The notes: generated by a model not told the origin, from the letters alone. A stretch of 28,752 nt of DNA from a virus (IMGVR_UViG_3300037313_001009:1-28752), one strand, 5' to 3'. Positions 17,933-25,031 are shown, numbered from the stretch's first letter. A program made the numbers and translations.

Positions 17933-17946
17933 TTTATTTTAGACTA
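17933..17946 (-). promoter_or_regulatory. Putative late promoter motif TAGTCTAAAATAAA upstream of capsid gene
   Basis: Identical to 8114-8127; directly after the scaffold terminator. Confidence 0.6.
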
Positions 17947-17950
17947 ATGC

Positions 17951-17979
17951 AAATAAATAACCCCTGCCGAAGCAGGGGC
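17951..17979 (-). terminator. Rho-independent terminator after protease/scaffold
   Basis: Minus strand GCCCCTGC-TTCG-GCAGGGGT-TATTTATTT. Confidence 0.85.
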
Positions 17980-17987
17980 ATTTTGGT

Positions 17988-18905
17988 TTACTTACCGAGG
18001 TATTTAGGATTCAATAGAAGCTTTGTTAGTTCGTGAGCGTCATTGTTAGCCTTGGCTCTGGCGATTGCTTCCTTACGCTTATCCTCAGTGGTCTTTTCGC
18101 GAGTAACAACCTCGGCGTTTAGTAGCTGACCACCAGGAGTTGAAGTAGGTTCTTTCTCCATACGCTCAATACGCTCTTGTAGTTGTTTGTTGGCGTTTTC
18201 GGCATCAGTTAGCTTGTTGGTTAGTGTGGTTAGCTCGTCGGCAAACTTGGAGCGAACAGCTTCAACAATAGCGTCAACATCAACATCGGCTGACTTCTGA
18301 ACAGTCTCTTCCTCTTCGGTATCAATCTCAGTATCATCGGAGAGATCTTCATGAACCTCAGTGTTGGAGGCGTCAGCGGCACGCATTTCCTCGGTGGCTT
18401 CCTTGGCGAGCAATTCGGTGCCGAGTAGTGAAAGCAGAGCGGGAATTTGAGCGTTCATACCCTTGAGAATATTGCGAGCAACATCAGCAACGCCATTGTC
18501 TGACCACTCACGATAATCAGCGTACCACTCTAGGGTAGACATAGCAGAAGCTAGATTGGCGGTAGCAACTAGAACGTCATTGACGGCATAGCAGCTAGTG
18601 CGCTCAACGGTTTCGGTGGTTGTTTCGGCGGTTTCCTCTGAACGCTCAGTCTCAACTTCCTCAGCAACAACTTCGGTGGTTTCGGTAACTTCCTCAACAG
18701 GAGTCTCTGTCGCTTCAACAACAGTCTCTTCAGCAGTTTCCTCGGTGCGAGTTTCAGTCTCGGCATCGGGCTCGGAAGCACCGTTGTTAGAAACAACTTC
18801 CTCAGTGGTTACTTCAGGCTCCGTAACCTCTTCACGAACTTCGGTCGTTACTTCCTCGGTGGTGACAGTGGTCACTTCGTCTTGGGTAGTCTGATTCTCT
18901 TCCAT
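17988..18905 (-). CDS. Nested in-frame scaffold protein (internal start M188)
   Basis: AAAGGAG-AATATA-ATG inside the ORF, at the protease/acidic domain boundary. Confidence 0.7.
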   Translation of the reverse strand: MEENQTTQDEVTTVTTEEVTTEVREEVTEPEVTTEEVVSNNGASEPDAETETRTEETAEETVVEATETPVEEVTETTEVVAEEVETERSEETAETTTETVERTSCYAVNDVLVATANLASAMSTLEWYADYREWSDNGVADVARNILKGMNAQIPALLSLLGTELLAKEATEEMRAADASNTEVHEDLSDDTEIDTEEEETVQKSADVDVDAIVEAVRSKFADELTTLTNKLTDAENANKQLQERIERMEKEPTSTPGGQLLNAEVVTREKTTEDKRKEAIARAKANNDAHELTKLLLNPKYLGK

Positions 18906-19466
18906 TATATTCTCCTTTGAAGAATTCCAGTTATAGCTTCTCACAAGCTTTTCAACCCAAGTGTTAGGATTGGAAGGCGAGCGAACAATACCAACTTTTT
19001 TAAGAACAACGCGATCAAATACGCGAATTTGTTTGCCAAGTTCCTCGTTGTATTCCCAATGAGCTTCCTCGACAGTACCATTAATTGACAGACCCAATCT
19101 CTTAGGTCTGCCGAGTTTGGGGTCAGGATTTGACATTACATCGAAGTAATAGACAGCCTTGGGATTCTTAGGATCGAGCTTAGCGCGAATGAATAACTCA
19201 GAGTTATTGGTAACGTTGGCTTTTGTTAAAGCACCAAGATGATTCATGGGCTCAACTTCGCCAAGATGCTCGACTTCGATAACCACAGGGTCATCGGTGC
19301 CAGCATTCGTGTTCACATCAATTTCAAAACCTTCCTGACAATTCTCGTTAAAGATGGTTTCGTGACTATCCACATCGGGAGTCGAAGCAACGCCCTCGAT
19401 AATCATATCGCCATTTTCGTCTTTGATGGCTCTTACAATCGGAACCACAATTTTGAAATCGTTCAT
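17988..19466 (-). CDS. Prohead maturation protease fused to an acidic scaffold domain
   Basis: N-terminal HK97-type protease motifs (IEGVASTPDVDSH, EH, GLSING, VRSPSNP); C-terminal Glu/Thr-rich region and coiled coil. Confidence 0.85.
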   Translation of the reverse strand: MNDFKIVVPIVRAIKDENGDMIIEGVASTPDVDSHETIFNENCQEGFEIDVNTNAGTDDPVVIEVEHLGEVEPMNHLGALTKANVTNNSELFIRAKLDPKNPKAVYYFDVMSNPDPKLGRPKRLGLSINGTVEEAHWEYNEELGKQIRVFDRVVLKKVGIVRSPSNPNTWVEKLVRSYNWNSSKENIMEENQTTQDEVTTVTTEEVTTEVREEVTEPEVTTEEVVSNNGASEPDAETETRTEETAEETVVEATETPVEEVTETTEVVAEEVETERSEETAETTTETVERTSCYAVNDVLVATANLASAMSTLEWYADYREWSDNGVADVARNILKGMNAQIPALLSLLGTELLAKEATEEMRAADASNTEVHEDLSDDTEIDTEEEETVQKSADVDVDAIVEAVRSKFADELTTLTNKLTDAENANKQLQERIERMEKEPTSTPGGQLLNAEVVTREKTTEDKRKEAIARAKANNDAHELTKLLLNPKYLGK

Positions 19467-19534
19467 TCGCTACTCTATCTTAAATAAAAACTACTAGATA
19501 CATTTTTCATTTTACATTCGATAAGAGGTGTCTT

Positions 19535-19816
19535 ATGGGCGGTTTTATTTCAGTGAATTCAGTACGAGAAGAAGAATACATGCTCAAACTACTTAAAGAT
19601 GAGTTTGGTAGTAAGATGGTTTTGCCCCGTCGATTCAAACCAACTAAGACTTTCGAGGAATATGCTGCTGGCGGAATTTATGGCGTGATTGATGCCATTG
19701 TTGACAAAGAAGCCAATGAGGCAATGTACGAATTGGCGTTGCCCGATCACTACATCGGTTTTCTACGATTCCTGATTGATAAGGAGATTTGTAAGAAGCC
19801 AGTTATTTGTGAATAA
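19535..19816 (+). CDS. Hypothetical protein
   Basis: 93 aa, GAGGTG RBS, divergent from the protease gene. Confidence 0.7.
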   Translation: MGGFISVNSVREEEYMLKLLKDEFGSKMVLPRRFKPTKTFEEYAAGGIYGVIDAIVDKEANEAMYELALPDHYIGFLRFLIDKEICKKPVICE

Positions 19817-20116
19817 CTAATCTGACAACTTTTTAATGACGCGGTAGGTGTTGCTTGTGCCCCTGCCGCGTTTTCTTGTTTTCGGCCAAATCTCAATATA
19901 GCCCTTCTCTAGAAGCTCATTGACGTGTTTGATGGTGTGCCTTCTCGAAATTCCCAAGAGGCAAGCGTATTGAAAATTTGTCACGTTCCATGTGTGCTGG
20001 TAGCGTTCCATGAGGGAAAGAAGCTCTTTGGACTTCTCTGACAACTCATGCGGTTCTCGGATCGGATGCTGGTTCGGTTGACGGGGCCAGGGTTTTGACG
20101 TATTTTCTTCCATCAC
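19817..20116 (-). CDS. Winged helix-turn-helix DNA-binding protein (HTH_36-like)
   Basis: ACLLGISRRHTIKHVNELLEKGYI...RGTSNTYRV resembles N-terminal wHTH domains of phage replication/regulatory proteins. Confidence 0.75.
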   Translation of the reverse strand: MMEENTSKPWPRQPNQHPIREPHELSEKSKELLSLMERYQHTWNVTNFQYACLLGISRRHTIKHVNELLEKGYIEIWPKTRKRGRGTSNTYRVIKKLSD

Positions 20117-20153
20117 GTTTACAATTCGTTACCTAAAAAATGCCGTATCACCG

Positions 20154-20182
20154 TTGCGACGAGAGAGTTACGGGTATATTAT
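20154..20182 (+). promoter_or_regulatory. Sigma70-type promoter
   Basis: TTGCGA-17 nt-TATTAT upstream of ATG 20242. Confidence 0.6.
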
Positions 20183-20241
20183 GCTTGTCAGCAAGGCGAG
20201 GGAGCAAAGGTTCCCGATTCTCATTTTTACTAGGAGCAAGC

Positions 20242-20484
20242 ATGAAGAAGTGGGTTATTTATAACGAGCAACCGCATGAGGTTTTATTGTTGCCTCATAC
20301 GTATTCTCGCGAAATGTGGTATTGTCCGGTGTTTGCCGAAAGTTACTACGAAAACGAAATGTTTGATTCCGTCAAAGAAGTAATTGAAGCTAGGATGGTT
20401 TTGTTGTCGGAAAATATTGTCAAGTTGTTATCGGAACATTCAAGGTTGGCTGAGCAGTTGAGGGAGATTAACAAGAATGCGTAA
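20242..20484 (+). CDS. Hypothetical protein (possible paralog of 20477..20764)
   Basis: Start refined to ATG 20242 (AGGAG RBS); MKKWVIY...YENEMFDSVKEVIE. Confidence 0.7.
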   Translation: MKKWVIYNEQPHEVLLLPHTYSREMWYCPVFAESYYENEMFDSVKEVIEARMVLLSENIVKLLSEHSRLAEQLREINKNA

Positions 20485-20764
20485 GTTTATTATTGACCGA
20501 TACAATGCCGAGGATGTGATTGAGGTAAATGTAGAGGAAATTCCTGGTCCGTATGACGATGGAGATCCTGTTTGGGTTGACAAAAATCATATCAACGACT
20601 ACGGGTTTTTTGTTGAGCAGGACTTGTACGATTCCGAGGAAGAGGCTCTAGAGGTTTTCTTGGCCGAAATCTGTGAGGATCAACGTCATCTTGATTCTCT
20701 CGAAAAGAAGATTCTCGATCGGCTGTTTCCTGAGGATGCCAATTCGCCTCGCGCATGCGCATAA
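20477..20764 (+). CDS. Hypothetical acidic protein
   Basis: GGGAG RBS, overlaps upstream stop; MRKFIID...VEQDLYDSEEEALE. Confidence 0.75.
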   Translation: MRKFIIDRYNAEDVIEVNVEEIPGPYDDGDPVWVDKNHINDYGFFVEQDLYDSEEEALEVFLAEICEDQRHLDSLEKKILDRLFPEDANSPRACA

Positions 20765-20961
20765 ATTAGATCATGACTAGATCATGAAAGATCAATAAAA
20801 GCAAATCAAACATGATCAGATCAGATCAAATCAGACATATCTAGATCATACATGATTTATAAATATTTATTTAATGCGCGTCACGCGCGCACATGTACAT
20901 GCGCATGTACGCATGAGGGATTTGGGTGGATTTTGGGTTCTGTTTGATCTTAAAAATCGCC
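20750..20961. other. Candidate replication origin / structured repeat element
   Basis: 7 GATC in 20769-20847, 21-nt pure A/T run 20855-20875, 34-nt alternating pyrimidine-purine tract 20882-20915. Confidence 0.45.
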
Positions 20962-21163
20962 AAACCCAAGTCCCCTCGTTCTTTCAATTGCGCGAGCAAC
21001 TGTAAAAGCTCTCGTAGAAATTGTTCCGCCCCGCCCCCGTCGAATTCATATATATGTCACTATGCGATTTAATGTTTTGTGATTCGGAAGGTCCGAGGAC
21101 ACCTGAAACACATTATCGCATTAAATAGCCTTTGTGTAGCATTGTAAAATCATATGCCCTCTG

Positions 21164-21192
21164 TGGACCGGGACTCTTCACTTGGGTAGTAT
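21164..21192 (+). promoter_or_regulatory. Promoter with conserved spacer motif GACTCTTCACTTGGGTA
   Basis: TGGACC-17-TAGTAT; spacer nearly identical to that at 25314-25343. Confidence 0.55.
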
Positions 21193-21213
21193 GAGTTCAG
21201 AAAGGAAACGAAC

Positions 21214-21567
21214 GTGACTCAAAAAATGAACCCCGTTGTTAAGGAAAAGTGGCTTGCCGCACTGCGCTCCGGCGAAATCAAGAAGGCGAATGGCTCCCTT
21301 GAGAACCCTGATGGTTGCATGTGTGCCATGGGCGTCCTCCATCACCTCTACGAAAAAGAGAATGGTGAAAATCCTCGGGATAATGCTTCCAATTTCTTTA
21401 AATGGGCTGGCTTCAAAGATGAGGTAAGCCTAACTTGGGGGCCTGTTGCTGCTCCTTTTGAATATCTTGGTCCTTGGGGCGAACTCAATGGCACTGTTGG
21501 TGCTGTGAATGATGCAACCGGCGACACTTTTGATGTTGTTGCTGACGTTATCGAGAGGAATCTGTAA
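21214..21567 (+). CDS. Phage hypothetical protein (KW..ALRSG type), paralog A
   Basis: GTG start with GAAAGGA RBS; KWLAALRSG...CMCAMGVL...VND...FDVVADVIE. Confidence 0.8.
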   Translation: MTQKMNPVVKEKWLAALRSGEIKKANGSLENPDGCMCAMGVLHHLYEKENGENPRDNASNFFKWAGFKDEVSLTWGPVAAPFEYLGPWGELNGTVGAVNDATGDTFDVVADVIERNL

Positions 21568-21980
21568 TGTCGAAAAAGATGAATCCTGAAGTTAAGGCCA
21601 AGTGGCTCAGCGCCCTGCGTTCTGGCAATTTCAAGCAGACCCGCGAGAAGCTTACGGCCAACAATCGCCAAAGCTACTGCTGCCTCGGTGTCCTATGTGA
21701 GTTGTATCGCCAGGAAACCGGCAATGGCCGGTGGAAGGTGAATGAAAATTATGATGGCAACTACGACAATAACAAGTATGCGTTCTTAGGCGCTGATTGC
21801 ATGCCGCCCGATGAAGTTATCAAATGGGCCGGTTTGCCTGCCGATAGTCAAAATGATGTTCCTGTTGGTGAAAGGCCCCGCAAGTGGGGTCATGGAGTTG
21901 AAACAGTTACAATCGCAGGTTTGAATGATGATGGCAAATCATTCGCGGAAATTGCGGATATTATTGAATCCAAGCTTTAG
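21567..21980 (+). CDS. Phage hypothetical protein (KW..ALRSG type), paralog B
   Basis: TAATG coupling; KWLSALRSG...YCCLGVLCEL...LND..KSFAEIADIIE. Confidence 0.85.
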   Translation: MSKKMNPEVKAKWLSALRSGNFKQTREKLTANNRQSYCCLGVLCELYRQETGNGRWKVNENYDGNYDNNKYAFLGADCMPPDEVIKWAGLPADSQNDVPVGERPRKWGHGVETVTIAGLNDDGKSFAEIADIIESKL

Positions 21981-21993
21981 AAGAAGGTGAAAC

Positions 21994-22464
21994 ATGGGAT
22001 GGCCTAAAGGCGTTAGCCGCAAAGGTTTGAAAAAAGGTATGTCTCTCGATGATCTCAAAGAGATCAATCTGAGTTCAACAACCGATACAACCGTTACCGA
22101 TAATAGTGACTCGGAAACAGAAGAAGACCTCGGCGTAATTACGGTTAATAACGACAAAACTTGGGGTATTGTTATCGAAAAGTCGGGCTACAACGTTATG
22201 GTTCAACAGCGAACGTTGTACAAAAAGCGCACCGTCAACACCTATCCCAGCAAGGAAGGTGGTATGGCCGAGAAGGTTTATGAGGCTGGTGAATACGGCG
22301 AATGGGACAAGACCAATCGCAGTTATTTCGCCACTGTTGATGGTGCTTTGAATTACATTGCTCAACGCATGTTTAAAGATAAGCTTCGTGACGCTGGTGA
22401 TATTTCCCAACTGGCAAAAATTGCCAAGGAAATCCGCACTGAAATTCAAATCCCTGTGAGGTAG
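21994..22464 (+). CDS. Hypothetical protein with basic N-terminus (GWPKG)
   Basis: GAAGGTG RBS; tightly packed in the operon. Confidence 0.75.
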   Translation: MGWPKGVSRKGLKKGMSLDDLKEINLSSTTDTTVTDNSDSETEEDLGVITVNNDKTWGIVIEKSGYNVMVQQRTLYKKRTVNTYPSKEGGMAEKVYEAGEYGEWDKTNRSYFATVDGALNYIAQRMFKDKLRDAGDISQLAKIAKEIRTEIQIPVR

Positions 22465-22465
22465 T

Positions 22466-22720
22466 ATGAGCAACACTAATATTTCTGCAATTTGTTTATT
22501 TATCCTAGTGGTCGGTAAGTTTGTTGGCTGGTGGCCTGACTTGACCGATACAGAGTTCGCTCTATTGGGCCTGCTATTGTATGCGCAGGATATTGCCAAG
22601 GCCGTCGAGAAGATGGCTGATAACTCTTCTCGTTCAACCGTTGTCGCTCCTGGTCCCGCTGGCCCCATGGGTCCGAAGGGCGAGCCTGGCAAGTGCAAGT
22701 GTGAGGTTACTGGTGGCTAA
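22466..22720 (+). CDS. Small membrane protein with a short collagen-like tail
   Basis: Two hydrophobic segments followed by GPAGPMGPKGEPGKCKC; GAGGT RBS. Confidence 0.7.
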   Translation: MSNTNISAICLFILVVGKFVGWWPDLTDTEFALLGLLLYAQDIAKAVEKMADNSSRSTVVAPGPAGPMGPKGEPGKCKCEVTGG

Positions 22721-23099
22721 AGAGCAAGAGATTTGCGAAATTCTACTTGACCTCGTAAAAACCGATAAGGTTGAGGTTAAGTTCAATTGGGGAATTGATA
22801 GCCGCGACTTGCAAGTTACCATTGTTGATAATGTTGTTATTTCTACGGAAAACTCTATTTTTTCGAGCAATTTCGCAATCAAAGGATTCAACAGCCCGGA
22901 AGGGTTCCATTGGAACAGAAGCAGCGTGGTAGTTGAGTTACCAATTTCAAATCGGCTTCGCAAAGAACTTCATAAGGAATTCAAATTGAATTACAAGCGT
23001 TGGCAAGAGAATCGAAAGAAGGCGCGAGAGAGTAAGTACTCTCAAGCACAGCAGCAGATAATTGATATTGTTTATGAGGCACTAAAGAACCGTGATTGA
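22713..23099 (+). CDS. Hypothetical protein
   Basis: Start refined to GTG 22713 (GAGGT RBS, overlaps upstream stop). Confidence 0.65.
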   Translation: MAKEQEICEILLDLVKTDKVEVKFNWGIDSRDLQVTIVDNVVISTENSIFSSNFAIKGFNSPEGFHWNRSSVVVELPISNRLRKELHKEFKLNYKRWQENRKKARESKYSQAQQQIIDIVYEALKNRD

Positions 23100-23628
23100 A
23101 TTTAACAAAGAAAAGATTGTTGACGGAATTGCAAGCGCAATCTTTAACATTCGCTGGGGCAATGTAATTTTCAATTTTGGACTATTCGGCGCAATTATCG
23201 CCTATGTCTATAAATTCGGCCAAGAGGTATTTGAGCTATTTACCAATCTACCTCATATGTCCGAGCAAGAGGTACTTCTAAACGTCCTCGGCCAGATTGA
23301 TGTTACGATGGTTGCGTCACTGGTAACAATTATTGCTCTCGGCGGTTATGTTATTTTTGTGGACGAGCATGCTTTTGACCACATCAAAAACAAGCCGCGT
23401 TGGATGCACGATATCAATTCGACCACGCTCAAAATCAAAATGGGCATGTCTCTGATCGGTGTTAGTTCCATCCATCTTCTCAAGACATTTATGGAAATCA
23501 GCCATGGAGCAACCTGGGACCAAATTTGGAAAGAGGTTCTGATTCATCTGGTTTTCTGCGTAACCACACTATCGTATGTCGCAATCGACAAACTAACCCA
23601 CCCTGCTCATCCGAAAGAGAGTCATTAA
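23092..23628 (+). CDS. yqhA: YqhA / UPF0114 family membrane protein
   Basis: Motifs VLGQIDVTMVASLV...GGY..FV, W...I....LKIK...SLIGVSSIHLLK.FM and IHLVF match the YqhA family as I recall it. Confidence 0.85.
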   Translation: MIEFNKEKIVDGIASAIFNIRWGNVIFNFGLFGAIIAYVYKFGQEVFELFTNLPHMSEQEVLLNVLGQIDVTMVASLVTIIALGGYVIFVDEHAFDHIKNKPRWMHDINSTTLKIKMGMSLIGVSSIHLLKTFMEISHGATWDQIWKEVLIHLVFCVTTLSYVAIDKLTHPAHPKESH

Positions 23629-24195
23629 GTGAAGAAGAAATTTGTTCTAATCCCTGTAGTTCTAGCTGCGGCGATTTCCCTAGCTGGTTGTGATTCAGCG
23701 CCCCGACACACGGGCTATCAAGCGGTTTCACACCATCGTCACCTACATCATTTCTCGGATGGCCGAGTTGGCTATGTTGACAATTCTGGCATTTGGTGGT
23801 ATTTGGCTGCAACTCACATGGGCGGCAGCTCCACTTCAACTGCTGACTTATATAGTTCTGCAACCACTTGGACTCAAGGCTCTGCACCTTCAAAGACCGA
23901 GCTTCAGAATTCCCAACAAGAAGAGATTGAGGTCAACAACACCGCAGATCAAACTCTCGATCAACCTGAGAGTGTAGAGGCTGAATCTGCTGAGGATGCT
24001 GGTGCCGCTTCTGTGCCTGATATGGGCGAGCCTGAAGAAGCCGCTGATGACAACGTTGAGCCTGCCGATTCCGGTACAACGAATGACGATTCTGCCGTAA
24101 GCACTTCTGATTCTGTTGGTGACTCTGGTTCTAGCGACGGCGGTAGCTCTGGCGGCGATTCCGGTGGTGGTGGCGATGGTGGCGGCGGGGAGTAA
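23629..24195 (+). CDS. Lipoprotein with acidic, Gly/Ser-rich disordered tail
   Basis: MKKK + hydrophobic stretch + LAGC lipobox; His-rich stretch; D/E/S/G-rich C-terminus. Confidence 0.8.
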   Translation: MKKKFVLIPVVLAAAISLAGCDSAPRHTGYQAVSHHRHLHHFSDGRVGYVDNSGIWWYLAATHMGGSSTSTADLYSSATTWTQGSAPSKTELQNSQQEEIEVNNTADQTLDQPESVEAESAEDAGAASVPDMGEPEEAADDNVEPADSGTTNDDSAVSTSDSVGDSGSSDGGSSGGDSGGGGDGGGGE

Positions 24196-24235
24196 TCCCC
24201 GTTTGCCGGAATAGAGATAAGTAGAGGTATCACCT

Positions 24236-24373
24236 GTGCAGCACCCCGACTGGCTTTGCCCGCATTGTTACCACAATTGGGGCTTCGACCTTGAGGCCCG
24301 AAAGGCGCACGTCTGCCCCGTGATAGAGGCCGCCAAACAAGAGTTTGAGCGGTTAAAGCGCGGCGGCTTGTAG
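24236..24373 (+). CDS. 45-aa putative zinc-binding microprotein (not in ORF track)
   Basis: GAGGT RBS + GTG; MQHPDWLCPHCYHNWGFDLEARKAHVCPVIEAAKQEFERLKRGGL (CxxC...HxC). Confidence 0.65.
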   Translation: MQHPDWLCPHCYHNWGFDLEARKAHVCPVIEAAKQEFERLKRGGL

Positions 24374-24395
24374 GGAGTTGAGAAGGTATACGCAG

Positions 24396-24707
24396 ATGGA
24401 CGAGATTCAGAGGGCGCAGGCCCGGCACATCGCCGACTACTCGGATGGCCTCCTGAGGGACATCATTCAAACACGGCGCTTCGACGTTGAGGACGCCGAG
24501 CGCCAGGCACAGATCGCCCGCGAGAACCTGGCACTGGTTGAGGCCGAAGCCGTTGCGCGAGGGTTGATGGAGCCTCGCAGGATCGCCTGCTCATCGTGTG
24601 GCGGTGCCGGAGGCCATAAGCCGCACCCCGGTGCCTGGTACGAGTGTCAAGCCTGTGAAGCTGAAGGTACGGTACAGAATCCGGCTTTCACAGTTGATTT
24701 GAAGTAA
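24396..24707 (+). CDS. Coiled-coil protein with DnaJ-type CxxCxGxG zinc finger
   Basis: CSSCGGAG...CQACEAEG; start refined to ATG 24396. Confidence 0.7.
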   Translation: MDEIQRAQARHIADYSDGLLRDIIQTRRFDVEDAERQAQIARENLALVEAEAVARGLMEPRRIACSSCGGAGGHKPHPGAWYECQACEAEGTVQNPAFTVDLK

Positions 24708-24715
24708 AATCAATG

Positions 24716-24740
24716 AAGCCCCCAAAAGAGGGCTTTTTAT
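24716..24740 (+). terminator. Rho-independent terminator
   Basis: AAGCCC-CCAAAAGA-GGGCTT-TTTAT between convergent genes. Confidence 0.7.
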
Positions 24741-24785
24741 CACCATTCTTCAAGCATTTGGTGAATTTCTAAAAGTTTTGGATAA

Positions 24786-25031
24786 TTAATCAACAATTTC
24801 TCCGGTTTCGGGGTTTTTAATGCAAATTTTTTTAGTTCCATTAAATCGCCCTGCAATACGCTCGATTGATTCAAGTTTAACATATCCGTTTCTCCGAAGC
24901 TTTTGAATTAAAGCTCTAACATCACCATTATATCCAATTGATTTTCCAATTTCTTCATGACTGGCGAAAGGGTTATTTCTAATGTATTTCCAACAATCAA
25001 TCGTTGCTTGATAGATTTTAGTTTTATTCAT
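24786..25031 (-). CDS. Winged helix-turn-helix protein
   Basis: YIRNNPFASHEEIGKSIG...VRALIQKLRRNGYV. Confidence 0.7.
   Translation of the reverse strand: MNKTKIYQATIDCWKYIRNNPFASHEEIGKSIGYNGDVRALIQKLRRNGYVKLESIERIAGRFNGTKKICIKNPETGEIVD

Noticed and set aside
20761-20860. CRISPR or mini-array
   Set aside because: Repeats are 5-10 nt with irregular short spacing, and there is no repeat-spacer structure.
21062-21121. Hammerhead ribozyme
   Set aside because: GTCC-GA-GGAC and a nearby GAAAC resemble stem II, but the CUGANGA core is absent and GAAA is not adjacent to the stem.
24196-24377. tRNA or structured ncRNA in the apparent gap after the lipoprotein
   Set aside because: No cloverleaf could be built, and the gap is explained by the 45-aa ORF with its own RBS.
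21348-24470. Minus-strand ORFs (107, 72, 207, 109, 76, 131, 169 aa) over the accessory operon
   Set aside because: They overlap tightly packed plus-strand genes that have clear RBSs and coupled starts.
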